Below the pieces are notes generated by a model, which saw only the letters and a program-made list of their open reading frames with translations, was not told where the DNA came from and searched no databases. The position numbers and the translations under genes were made by a program. A stretch of 64,000 nt of DNA from Octopus sinensis (lineage: Eukaryota): assembly GCF_006345805.1 (NCBI RefSeq), contig NC_043000.1, positions 43,152,001 through 43,216,000 on the forward strand, written 5' to 3'. Of this stretch, positions 50,821 through 64,000 are shown one piece after another; position 1 is the stretch's first letter; the number at the start of each line of letters is the position of its first letter.

Positions 50821-53800
50821 CAGGTACCGAAAAATAGTGAGTATTATCTGTTAATGTATCGAACATATAGATTTGTATTCAACACAATACGTATGACATT
50901 TCTGGCAGTGACTTGAAATAGACGTTAATCTTTCAGTTGAAGAACCAGATAAAAATTCCAGTCTTACCCTCTATAAGGTTGTAGAAATGCAAATTCTTCA
51001 TATGTGAACATTTAAACAGAGAGGTAAAAAATGCATGAAGAGATATTCGTGTTCTTTACTGGATGAGCTGCAAAGAGATGAAAAACTATATATTCATTGT
51101 ACAAAAGAAGACAACTAGACAAAAGAAGATTCACAGCCACAATCAAACAAACAATTTCAGCTATTGAAATATACTCTGAATGGCTAGCTCCATTTCAAAT
51201 ATTGCTTTCAAAGATCTTTAACCAACACGTCGATGTTGAATTTTGCAATTCAGTCAATTCTATTCCTTACGTTTAAAAGTATATGTTCAAAGGCAGTAGT
51301 CAAGTTCTCTTTTGCAGATTCAAATTCAGAATGCCATGTTGAGGTTACGACTTTCCAGACAGGCAGATATATAAAGAGTAATAAAGAAGCGACTACAGTT
51401 CTGAACTTTCCAACCAATAAATGCTACCTGATTGTGATGCCCATGGTTGCAGACCTACCTCCAAACTCACAGCATTTTTTCAGTTATGTAAAACTAATGA
51501 ATTTACCAAAGCTCTTTTTACACTATGACAGTCCATTTGACATGAGGAAAGAAAATGCTTGCAAAGAAATAAGGAAAATATCATACTTATTCTCGGACAC
51601 CCTGATGTTCGAATGAACGAAACGCAGGTGCGATGATACAATTATTCAATTTCAAAGACCTTCCTTATTTCAATATTTGTATATGGAAAAGGATCTATTG
51701 TATTAAAAAAAAGGACAAATAAACAAAACATATGAGGAACCTGAGTTTCTAGAAGATGATGGCCACAGAAATAAAGCATGAAAACATTCCAATATCTCCT
51801 TTTCTACTATTACTATTTGATTGTCATCCACATCATATGATGAAATCAGTCATATCTAAATCTTCCTCCAGAAAATTGCTAAGTAATCTACCAGATACCA
51901 TCACAACAAAGACCAGTAAGGCCATTCCTTAATAAGGCGTCGTAGAGTATATCTTCAACCTCACTCTAACAAAGTGGAAGATTTGAAATTGTCAATATCG
52001 CGAAAATGTTAACTATTTTGCATGTAGTAAACTAAAAGACAACGTAAAAAAATCTCATTGAATTGTGAGGTGTTCTGAGTAGCACCATAAAGCAAATTCA
52101 GCTACGAATATGTTGAAAAATCATTAGCTAAAATTGATAAATCACCTAAGAAGTTTCTGTAATGAATTTTGGTCATTTAGCCATTGCAAAGAAAACAGTA
52201 ATTAAGTTGCCAGTTCTTGAGGGAACAAGTAAAGCATTCTTTAAAACTGAACATGATCCTTGCCAGTCAGAATCTACAGAGAATAGCATTTACAGCAGCC
52301 TCCTCTGGCATAGTTGCAACACATTTGAATAGTTTAACAGTTGTTATCTCCATAATTAAGCTTCCAATATGCTGAAATGCACCCACCTGCAAAACTAAAC
52401 AGAAAATTTAGTATTGTAGTTGCTTTAATTTATCAAATAATTGTGTGTGATGAAAGTAGAAACGGCTCTCATATATGAGCTTGAATTACTGGCTCGGTTA
52501 TTAAAAAAATATTAAAAAAAGGCAATGACAATTATGAAAGAAATGTCTCTGTTGCAAGTGATTTCTGTCAAATTTCACCTGTGACACGTCAGGGCACACC
52601 TGAAATTAAGCATAAATTTAGCTTAATGTTTACCTTAAAGCTTTTTCGAGGTAGTAATGATTTCGCTAGTTGCCGCATAAATATCCTAGAGGTAGTGATT
52701 ATCTAATAATTAATTGTCCCTATTAGGAAACATGATAAAGAGTGAATTAGGCAATTTATTTGAAATGAGAAGGTCTCAGCTGACAATGAGAAGCTAAAAA
52801 TTCAACTACCCAGTTGGGAAATCAAACTCGCAATAAATATGACCTGGTGGTTAAAGTATACCTAAATATCCGTTCCACTTGAATGATGGTATATGGATTC
52901 GAAAATGTGTTATATTAGCTCCAGTAAGTAAAATAAGCTTCAAGTATTTTGTGTCTTCTTCCACGAGAGTCTGTTATATATGATAATATGGTAAAAGAGT
53001 CACAATAAGAGAAGTAAAAAATAGCGTTTTAAAATTCACTGAATATTTCTGACGATATATATGTTGCAAATAGTAGTTTGCTGGCTGGAAGGAAAATGCA
53101 TTAAACATTTGGACGTGGAACTGTTACAGAAAACTAAGAAGAGAGAATTATGGGAGAACATGACCATCTGTGTCTTATATTCTTGGACGTGGCACCTAAA
53201 AAAAGGAAGAAAGAATATTTCTGAAATTTTATAACACGGGCTCTTATCGTGATGAAATAAGGTCTCATCATTCTTAGAAATCGACATACCCGTCTACGTT
53301 GTAATGTAACTCCACTCCGTAGGGAAGAAAGTGCTTCTGCATAACAATCAAAACAGATTTTGCCAAAGCTTAAGTAGTCTCATTTGTACGAATTCTTCCC
53401 ATTCAGACAGATGTGTATTTGATATTTAAACAGTTTCAGTTCCTAGTATATCTTTCGTCTACAATGAGCATCAGTATTGCGCAGAAACGCAGCGCTGGAA
53501 TTTATTAGGATTTTACCCCTGTACCCAATTATGTGTTACTTTATCCTCAAATCCAACAATACAAATGTATACTGCTTTTAACTCGCGCAGACCGTCAAGC
53601 ACAGTAGCAGACATTGGTAAATATTACTGATTAAAAAAGAAAAGAATAATTATGTAAAATTGAAGAGTATTCTTTAAAAACATCATGCATTCCCAGAAAA
53701 TACTAACACATACATATATACAGAGAGACAGACACACACACAGACTCTTTCCCCCCTCTCTTTTACATGTATGAGTAAAAGTTTTATTTTAGGTTTTGTA

Positions 53801-54872
53801 TTTGCATATTTTCTGCATTTTCATGAAGATATTCTAAATGTCTTGGATGCTATTATTCTCTGCAAAACAGCATTTATTTTAAGCATTAATAAACTCACAT
53901 AAACTCAGACAAGGTCGTGTGCTGCAGTTGTAATACTTCTTGTCATGCTTTATATATTACAACTTCACACGAAAGGAAAGGAACGAGCGTGTTTCTAACA
54001 AAGAAACAGAACTTCATTGGCTGAATTTTTATAACGATACGTGATACATCATATCCAACTTATGCATGTTATCCGGCTTCTTTTCTCTTCTCAAAACCTT
54101 ATGTTTTAACTACATTTTCACTGAGATATTACTAACATAACTTCAGCAATAACCATTGAGATAAATGTTAATTTGAATCAGGGTTGAGTAGCTGCAGAAT
54201 TCCTGTCAAACGTTTGTAAATGTTCTTTCTGTTTTCGAATCTGTGTTCACATCTTCAAAGCAGCTAACCTCTGCGACTGTAACTCCTCATAGATAGTTGG
54301 ATTCACTTGCATGAGCTCTAACTATCATGATAAGGAACACAACACAATATCCACTGATGAGTGGAATCGAATCACTGATTATTGAGCTTCGTAATTCTGC
54401 ATCTTGCCCATTCGATCGTTCGTGCTTCCACTTCTTTCTTAGTCACGAAAAATCTACTAAATTTTCTAAACAAGTGATTAACACAATTTTTCTATAGTTT
54501 TCATTATTAATTAATTCATATTTTATTATATTTTGTATTTCGGGATTGTTTTACAAGAAGAAAAATCTAACGAAAACATTCATAGAAAAGAAAAAAAAAG
54601 AAAAAGCATATGTCTATCAAAACACATACACAGCGTATACACAACCATCGCGGTATATAGACAGTGCATACCCAGCCTCCACTGCACATACACAGCATGG
54701 CGGCATATACACAACACAGACAGACATTACATCAAATACAAAACACATACATATCCATCACAACACACACACATACAAAACACACACACGCATACACACA
54801 CGCACACTACTAGTATACATATACACATAAACGCGAAAGCATATATTTTTATATATTCAACGTATGCGTATA

Positions 54873-54908
<36 letters not shown>

Positions 54909-54983
54909 TGTATATCTATATAAATGTGTATGTATAGGCATATGTATATATACATGTACATATATATGCTTATATAAGTGACG

Positions 54984-55018
<35 letters not shown>

Positions 55019-55894
55019 ATATACATATATATATGTATACATATAAATACACATTCATATACAACCATGCACATACGCACGCCTCAGTTGTCTATAAATG
55101 GTGTGAGTTTACACACACACTCAAGCTCTCTCTTTCACGCATAGACACACATGCACACAAACAAATAAATAAACAAACATATACACAAACGCACACCGTA
55201 AACACACTATATACACGTCCCATACGCATGCACTGGCATACACAGACACAATAAAAACAAAACACAACCTTTGTTGTTCTGTCTAACTTCCGTCTTTTAA
55301 GAATAACTAATATGCAAATTCTTTGTTTCTGTCTAAGAATTTTGTTGTTTTTGTTTTCAATGTTCATAATGGTAGTGGTAGCAGTGGGGTGGTGGTGGTG
55401 GTAGCGTTTGCGGTGATAATGTTAGTATGTGGTGTTGGGGTGGGTGGTGGTTGTGATCGTAGTAATGCCTGTTCATTGCTCTGGTAGTGGTCGTAAAGAA
55501 ATATAATGATACTAACGGTAGTGACGTATTGGCAGGAGTGACTGCGGTGTTAGTCGTCGCTGTTGTGGTGGTAGAAACAGTAAATAAATTAATGGCAGTC
55601 ATAGTAGTAGTGGCGATTGTTGTTATTGGTTAGTCCCGTTTCAACTCTGAACGAGGAGACCAACTTGCAAAGGCTTTCCAACTGTGACCGCCGCCAAGTC
55701 CCTATTTTCTTTTTTTGTACTGGATTACAATTTCTAATGCATTGTTTCATATTGATGTCTCGCAGATTTAGCTATTATTTCTAGCAATTCGAGCGACTAC
55801 ATTGAGACAACCTCCTCTGTTGGAGCTGCAGATTGTCATAAGTATTAGTTGTGACTTTGAAAGTGACTGTAGCTGCGCACTGGAAAGAAGTTGT

Positions 55895-56190
55895 AGAAGC
55901 ACATTGCCTAGTGGTTAGAGCAGCGGACTCACGGTCGAGGGATCGCGGGTTCGAATCTCAGACCGGGAAATGTGTGTGTTTATGAGCGAAACACGTAAGC
56001 TCCATGCGGCTCCGGCAGAAGGTAATGACGAACTTCTGACTCTTTTGCCACAGCTTTCTCTCACTCTTTCCCCCTGCATCTTGCAGCTCACCTGCGACGG
56101 ACCGGCGTCCCGTCCAAGTGGGGAACCTATACGCCAAGGAAACCGGGAAACCGGCCCTTATGAGCCAGACATGGCTCGACAAGGAACAAA
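55895..56190 (+). mobile_element. tRNA-derived SINE with V-domain-like core
   Basis: A box TTGCCTAGTGG, B box GGTTCGAATC, core CTGCGACGGACCGGCGTCCCGTCCA. Confidence 0.8.
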
Positions 56191-56199
56191 CTGGAAAGA

Positions 56200-57260
56200 A
56201 CTTGTGGGAATTGTAGTCCTCACCATAGCAACATCAATAACATTACTCCAGTTCGTAGTAGTAGCAATGATAGTAAAATTCGCAGATGCAGTGATGATGA
56301 TGGTGGTAGTGGTGTTTGGTTTACTTGCAGTAGGGTTTGTAGCATTAGTTTTAGTGGCAGTTGTCGGAGTGTTCACTGAAGTATCATTATTGGAATGGAC
56401 TGCAGTGATAGTTGCACTCTTGCCGAAGTGGTATCTATAGTGCTGGTTGAGGCATTGGTAATAGTGTGGGTTTAAGTTGCAGTATTAGGGATGTGCCTTG
56501 AAGTGATGATGACTGGAGTGTCGTAGCGTTTATGATGTGAACTAAACAGCGGCAATTGTACTAGCTGTGCTGGTGGTGGTTGTACAGCTATGACTGCCTC
56601 AAGATATGGGAACACTGGACAGTGGCTCAGGAGTCTCACATATGTAAGGGTAAAATTTTGATCTATGAATTCTGTGGCTAAATAATTAATAAATAAATGC
56701 TATAAGGACGAGTGCTTTGATTTTCCCGGGGGCCTATAACGATGCTAAGAGGGCCCTGGCGAATAGCCAATGGCAGTGGCCAGCGATAGTGTTGTTAACA
56801 GGAATATTCTTGTTAACAGGTGCAGTTGGGGTATTGCTGGTAGATAGAATAGTGTTAGAAGCGCTGACTGTGGTGGTAGTGGAGCTGTTGAAGCTGTTTT
56901 GACCTCGGCTGTAGCAGTTTGAGTGAAGAGGTGTTAATGAAGAAGGATGTATCGTAGCACTAGTGTAAGATGAAGTATTTGTAGTAGTGATGGCTGTGGT
57001 AGTTGTAGTTAGGGTATTAGTTGGAGTACTGTTAATGTTGTTGCTTTTGTGTTAGTAGCGGTGACTGCTGATACACTGATAACGATGTTACCTATAATTG
57101 CAGCAATGATGTTGGTAGGAATATTGGTGTTCCTGGTGCCCTTAGCAACAGTAATAGTTTTGATGGTAAAATGACTGTAATTTACAGGTGACCACAATGA
57201 CTGGATACTGATAGAGGAAACCATGTTGATAATGTTAATCAATAATGCTGTTGAATGGAA
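56200..57260. repeat. Degenerate GTA/GTG/GAT low-complexity tract
   Basis: Direct inspection; similar tracts at 55360-55630 and 61700-62030. Confidence 0.7.
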
Positions 57261-58511
57261 TTATTGAAAATATGCACGCTGGCTCATGTATCCAGACTTT
57301 ACGTTAACCCCTTTATCGAAATATAATCATTCTCGTAATAGTAAATTAACGTATCAACATAAGGCTCATGCTTTACAAATATTCGCAAGAGAGTTGATCT
57401 ACTATATTACTTTTGTTTAGCAAGTGATTTCTCAACGAAATTAAGTAAAGTTGATCTCAAACGTACTTGAATTTCGAACCTAAATGAGTGAATCTACGTC
57501 ACGCAAAGAACCAAGACGTTTTGTAGAAATCAGCCAGTTAGTGTGACACTTTGTATTTTTGTTGATTTGATAGAAGTAAAAACATGTTCTATAAAGCATA
57601 CATATTGTCTGAAACAACGAAGGTAGTACTAGATAAAATATTTCTAGATATACAATATATGGACCGTCTTAGATCATATTTCTCCTCTGCCAGGTATGTT
57701 CTATTGCTCAGACAAATGAGGAATAGCAAAACCTAATAGTTCATGGTAGATTTCTGAGGTTGTCTGGAAAGGAGTGAAAACAAAATTACATGTAGTTTAT
57801 TCTCATACTGGTCTTCTTGAACGAATGCTTGTAAAGGAAATGATACTTTAAAAAATGTTTTATAATTTAGTGGCGATCTTAAATAATACAGCGCATCAAA
57901 TTGACCATCCAAGAAAAGATACAATCCATTCATGGGCTACGACACAATGTCAACCGATCCCATTTCATTCTTATAGTTTCATTCAACCCCAAAACTATAG
58001 AACGTAACCTACAGAAGCGGTAGTGAAGTTGGAACGAACCTGGAACTACATGAACACCACTGTCTACAAATTTTTAAGAGATTGGCTAGGCGAATAGGTC
58101 TACCTCAAGATTTTATTGGTTATAATATTGTATTACTGATACGTGTAATCTTTGATATATGGTGGAAAACTTTACGGAATATTCTGCAAGTTTCTCCTAG
58201 CAAAGCCTTATAGAAGATACGGAAATATTTTAAAGGAAATTTTCTAAGCAAGTATATGAAATTTTGTCATGTAAATATTAGAAACTAAGTTAAATGAAAG
58301 AAGTAGAACTGACAAATTGCATGTATTTAAATAATACTATTAGCTATTGGGAGACTGAATAACGAATGTATAATTTTTAATGAGCTGAAAATTATGTTTC
58401 ATTGTCGTCAGAAGATATATATGAAAAGAAAAGAAAATAATTTCAACAACATTAGGAATTCTATTTCATAGTACATTCAACTTATACTTTAGGAGAAAAT
58501 TTTATCTGTGT

Positions 58512-58552
58512 CTGTGAACTTGTTTCGATTTTGTTTAACCTCATCAGCAAAA
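58512..58552 (-). ncRNA. Candidate minimal hammerhead motif
   Basis: Minus strand: TTTTG CTGATGA GGTT aaacaa AATC GAAA CAAG TT CACAG. Stem II is 4 bp, stem I is 4/5 pairs, and the tetraloop is non-palindromic. Confidence 0.4.
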
Positions 58553-58594
58553 TTACACACACACACACACGCATATATTAATTTGCGGTGGAGA

Positions 58595-59290
58595 GCAGAT
58601 GACGAAGTTGGGCACGCTTCAAGGTCCTAATATACTTGCAGTGGAAGGCCGTGCATTCTGCGGCGTAGATGCGACATGGAAGTACTGCCCCACTGTACAC
58701 TTGCATCTCTTCGTGTTGCAGGCAATGTCATGGCAGCCCCATAAGCGTTTCTCGGAAGAACCCAACTCCTTTATGGCATATTATATTCGCCACTCAGCTT
58801 CAAGGTCAGAAGAATTATTACAAGTCACTTCACTGCCGAGATAGGTCTAGGTCTAGGTGTACTCTAGGGGCTCTCCCTGTCCTATCATTGTTTCGTGCTC
58901 TCGCGATCTATTAGAATATCTTGGTGGTAGATGGTAAAGCAACTCAGTTGTCGAAGTTTCATATAGAGACCAAACATTGATGCTGGCACAGTAAATATGT
59001 CCCCTTTGTGTTATTGAAGCTGCATTGAGCGGGAAATGCTTGCAGAATGGAGGGTCGAAGGCTCCCAAAGGCCGTTTTCTACGCTGAAATGCACCAAGAC
59101 AGAAGGAGCCTTGTTGATAAAAGTCTGCAATACAGGGATGTGCTGAAGCTTCATAGGAAGAACTCAAGCGCATCTCCCCAAACATCTTGAAAGAGAAGGT
59201 TCTGCGGCACAATGAATGGCACCGTACGCTCACGCTCGTAATGCCAGCCATTCATGAGAAACACCAGAGAGATTACGAAGCACCACATGA
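58595..59290 (+). pseudogene. RTE-clade LINE RT C-terminal remnant
   Basis: KLH*AGNACRMEGRRLPKAVFYAEMHQDRR..QYRDVLK corresponds to RTE ..LRWAGHVxRMxDxRLPKxVFYxEL..G.R..RYKDxLK. Confidence 0.75.
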
Positions 59291-59308
59291 GAAGTGTCTA
59301 TTCTCTGT

Positions 59309-59433
<125 letters not shown>

Positions 59434-60519
59434 CTCTATATATATATATGTCACACGTACGTTGGTTGCAAATATTATAAGCCTGTGCTTATAATAATTA
59501 CTTATAGGTTTGTATGTGTGTTCGTGTGTGTGAGGAGGAGGTAGGGCGGATGGGTGGTTATGTGTGTGTATCAATACTCAATTTTTTGAATTAATCATGC
59601 ATTATCTCATAGCTTCAAGATTTTGTCGATATTATTGCTATTTTGTAAAATATCATTGTAGGGTAGATATAAGGGACTGGGTGTGGGTAGCTAAAACTTA
59701 AAACAGATGGAATATTTAGGCCTGATATGGCCGGTTTAAATATGAAAGGGTTAAGTCAGATTGAATTAATATTATTTGATCCTATTTCCATATAGTACTT
59801 TCGTTTATTATAAGGTCGACAGGATAAGAAGTAAACTATGGCAGCCGATATAATCACTTAAATACTCTAGACAATGGTCTACCAAAATAGCTGAAGTAAA
59901 TAACATTTAATCATATGAAAGTTCTTGAGAATGCAGCAAGATTAGAACGCAGAGGCGTATGGAAAGAGAGATAGGGAGGGGGAAAGAGAAAGACAGATAG
60001 AGAAAAAGAAAGAGAGAGAGAGAGACAGATATAAAGAACTTCTCAGATTCACCATCTTCTCATTCACTATTAATTTTATAATTATTACCAATTTCTTAGA
60101 TTAGTCTATGTAAAGAAATGATGTGCTTAGTACAGTTAAATTTCGTAAATTACATGTGTTTAAAATTTTATAAATATTATACAATTGAAAAGTAAATTAT
60201 TCGTAGATTTTATCAGAAGTGGACATTTCAAAACTTGTCTACGACATTTTGTCCGCCTCCAGATATTTTCAGTCACAGTTTTGATGTGAAGCACAAGTGC
60301 GAAGTTTTAATGCTCTTAAATGCGGTTACAGTATTCAATACTACGACACAATAGTTAAGACGTCTGTGTTACATTATAGTCTCGTGTCGATGCACATGTT
60401 ATAATGGGAAATTGTTAGTCGGAAACTTCATTGATACGTGCATCACATGCTAATACATTTACCCTGGTATCTCAATCCCTTTTACACACATATTTATCTC
60501 TTTCTCTATATCTGTCTGT

Positions 60520-60691
60520 CGGATGTCTGTCTATCTATCTATAGCTATCTATATCTATCTATCTATCTATATCTATCTATATCTATCTATCTATCTATAT
60601 CTATCTATATCTATCTATCTATCTATCTATATCTATATATATCTATCTATCTATCTATATCTATCTATATCTATCTATCTATATCTATCTA

Positions 60692-60762
<71 letters not shown>

Positions 60763-60765
60763 GCT
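60520..60765. repeat. (CTAT)n/(CTATAT)n microsatellite
   Basis: Direct inspection. Confidence 0.95.
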
Positions 60766-62227
60766 TGTGTGTATGCATGATTGTATGCATGAATGTAGAT
60801 GTATGTACATTTTAAAAAGTGTGCATATGAAATTTCGTTAAGGCTCTCTTATCAAACATATCGGACAGAATTTTGAGGAATCTGGGTTAGAACAATTGTC
60901 ATCTTCATCACATATTGTGTTCTCTCTTTAGTTATATGTTGTTGCTTGCATATAATGTACCCATCCCGAAGGTGTGAGTATGCATGTGTGTGAGTGTGCG
61001 TGATTGAGCGTGCGTGCGCGAACCTGTTTGTATGCGCGCGCGTGCCTGTATGTCTTTCATTAGTCTATATCAGCTAATGAGGAAAGCATAAGCGAAAAAG
61101 TAAACAAACTGGTATTTCAGAATGAAGAAAAGACAAAAAAACTCTGTAGTACCCGGTTGCTTCGAGTTGCGCAGATGCTTCCTTGTCATATTTTCACCAC
61201 AAACATTGTGTATAAACAGTTGATCAATTAGGAGCCACCGACCAATGACGCTAGTGTCGACAATATGCGGTATAAAAGAAACAACCAGATTACAGTTGTA
61301 TGGAAAGGTAAATCGCTTCGAGACAAATCGAAACCATACCACAACCAACCACTGAATGTTTTCTTTCATTTATAGTTTCTCACCATATTCTCTACAAATG
61401 TAATTTAAAAATGTAAAAAAATAAAAAAAATAACAATATAAAGCTTAATTTCTGACACACAGAGAGGTGAGTGTGTGGTAGGGTGAATACAAAGCTAAAA
61501 AAAAAGAAAAGGAAAAAAAAGCACGGAAAATCTGAGAAGAAGAATTATTTCGGCTTCTTTTGCATCTTCCAGATGCTGGAGTGCATTAGAAATTCTAAAT
61601 CACAGTCGCAGGATTGGATATCGCGAACAGAAGTCATGAAAATTATTCTGATAATAAAAGGAAGAGAATTGAAAATAATTTGCATAGAATTTGAAAATGG
61701 AAGTGGTTGTGGAGCTAATAGTTGTGATAATTACGGTGGTGGTTATTGTGGTGCTAGTCGTAATGATAGTGGTGTTGAAAACGATGGAGAGAGCGGAGGT
61801 TGCAGCGGTTGAGATAATCAGTTTATTAGTGAGCTGTGGTAATGGTGTTGACTAAATGAAATACTAGAAGAGACAGTAATCGTAATAGTAATGTTGGTGG
61901 TGTAGTAGTGATGACGATTAAAGATCCAATGTCCATGGCGAATGTAGCTAGATTCGTGATGATGGTGCTGATCATAATCGCGATAAGGCCAGCGGTGTTT
62001 CTGGTGGAGTTTATGATGGTGTAATGAGAAAAACAGAGACTTACAGTGATCAGTAAAGCATCGGCGTAAATACCTCCAATATCATTATGTATGTATGTAT
62101 GGATATATACATATATATATATATATTATATATATATATATATATATTATATATGTATATATATATATATTATATGTATATCTATCTATCTATCTATCTA
62201 TTTCTCTCTCTATATATATATCAGATA

Positions 62228-62430
62228 TATGAGGCAGGTGGTGAAAAGTTCCTGACTTTAAGGATATCAGGAAAGGCTCAAGTCAGAGGCTTAAAGTTCT
62301 GAGTTTTTTTAAAGGCCTTAGAAAAAGTGAAGGGCCGTTTCAATACCTGTGTGAATCTGAGAGGGGAACGTGTTGAATAAAATCATAATTAATTCAGCCT
62401 CCTGTATTTCCATTTACCCATATCCAGGAT
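62228..62430 (+). mobile_element. Internally deleted mariner derivative
   Basis: TA-TGAGGCAGGTGGTGAAAAGTTCCTGACTTT (mariner-type left end) joined to TGTGTGAATCTGAGAGGGGAACGTGTTGAATAA (C..LRGEYVE* transposase end). Confidence 0.6.
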
Positions 62431-62558
62431 CTAATTTGCAAACCGTAAGCGTTAAACCAATTAAATATGATAACACAGGCCTGTCAATGTCGATCTCAAT
62501 TCACACAGTATCAAGGTATGATATAATATGTGTAACCTATATAAATATGAAAAATCTA

Positions 62559-62595
<37 letters not shown>

Positions 62596-62994
62596 TTTAA
62601 ACTGACGTTTAAAGTTTAATAATTTTCACCTAATTAGAAACAATATTTAGAATCTAGTTCTTCTTAATATATATAGATATAGCTCATTTATTACTTGACT
62701 TTATAATAAAATTAGTATTACATTAATATTCACTATTATATAGGAAATTATTTTTCATAATAAATTTTCGTGCTTTCGTATTATGCACTTTGTTTCAATA
62801 CAAAAATTTTATATACAGTGAAGATATAGGATCTAATATTCTTTACAATTGTAATTAAATTTCTCATTATCCTTAAACATGATTAATTTTAAAGGAAATA
62901 AATATAGTTGCAGGTTTCATTTAGTTCAAATATTTTTTAACAAACGAATATTTATTAGTTTATTGCATTGCCTGGAAAAAAGTGGATTACAATG

Positions 62995-64000
62995 AAAAAT
63001 GCGGGTGCATGCATGTTAATATTTTTAAGTTATTTCATCTGGAAAACAATAAAACAAGATTTTACAGTAGAATTCGTCATCTCTAAAGGAAATTAAAAAG
63101 TACTTAAAATTAAAATTCTACTGTACTTAAAATCTTGCGGCCGAGAATAAAATTTTAAACATTAAAATACATTATATTCGGTATAATTTGAGATAATTTA
63201 TTTTATTTATTATGATAATCTGAAAAAGAAATAAATCTTTAATAAAAAACAGTTGAAATATAATCAAAAATATATTCAAATGATTTTTAAAAAAAATCAT
63301 GTCTTTTGAAATATACAATTACAATGGTCATTTTATTCCCTTGTATCAAGTAGAAATATTAAAATATAAAGTTGTAAATAAGGCACAGATTTTTTTTTCC
63401 TTTGAATTGAAATCCCATTACAAAAATAAAAAAAAAAACATTGCAGTTTCAATTGAACCATATGCTCAGTCAATTCTTCCAAATTGAAAAAAAACAATTC
63501 ATTTGAAAATACTTCACCTAATTCGTCACTTTCAATTTTCTCTTAGGGATAACTATTTAGGCGAATTCTTTTTTTTAAAATTCATTTAATTTCATTTAAT
63601 TTTTAGAATACTGCTTTTCCGAGATAAAGCCCATGGGCTTAAATACAGATTTAAATAATTTTGCTTAAATAATTTTTTTTATGAAGATAATAAAAATTAT
63701 TGGGGCTATACACGAAAAGGCTTAAAATCGGATTGTCTTATTTTTGTAAAAAAACAGTAATGTGTTATTATGTGTTATTATTATTTGTTGTTTAATAAAA
63801 TATAGTAAATTCTTAAAAGTTATTCTTGGCTACAATATTTTAAGTACAGTAGAATTTTAATTTTAAGTACTCTTAAGTTTCCTTTGGAGGTGACTTTTAG
63901 TTTCCTTTACAGAAGAATTAGGCAAATTCTTCTGTAGAATTCTTGTTCTGTAGTTTTCCAGGTGTAATAACATAAGAATATTAACATGCATGCGCTCGCA
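62995..64000. mobile_element. Non-coding foldback/MITE-like element with long diverged TIRs, running off the window end
   Basis: TGCGGGTGCATGCATGTTAATATT...GTACTTAAAATTAAAATTCTACTGTACTTAAAAT (63000-63135) is mirrored at about 63835-64000. Confidence 0.75.

Noticed and set aside
51594-51630. CACC CTGAT GTTC-gaat-GAAC GAAAC GCA GGTG hammerhead look-alike
   Set aside because: Lacks G8-A9 and U16.1; two independent core defects make chance or deep decay equally likely.

Overview
AT-rich, microsatellite-saturated eukaryotic DNA. The SINE families and repeat make-up point to an octopod cephalopod (Octopus sp.; inference). No host gene is identifiable with confidence, and almost all long ORFs in the track are microsatellite artefacts. 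The window is mostly decayed transposons: a full-length dead mariner, a Helitron Rep/helicase fragment, a Penelope-like (PLE) RT/GIY-YIG fragment, Tx1-, CR1-, RTE-, HERO- and five R4/Dong-type LINE fragments, many tRNA-derived SINEs and a long-TIR foldback element. The most notable signal is a set of type I hammerhead ribozyme (HHR) motifs. Eight motifs occur on both strands, from about six sequence-unrelated modules. Four lie within 1.1 kb (18.8-19.9 kb), and two (18798-18886 + and 19306-19365 -) have complete catalytic cores. Twice (19174-19642 and 26611-27094) the HHR modules form head-to-head palindromes with outward-facing ribozymes, and in both the plus-strand partner has lost or damaged the 5' strand of stem I immediately before the core. 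A weak chain of phase-compatible plus-strand exons (3.8-17.1 kb) suggests the region may be intronic. All folds and alignments were made by eye; nothing was computed or searched.
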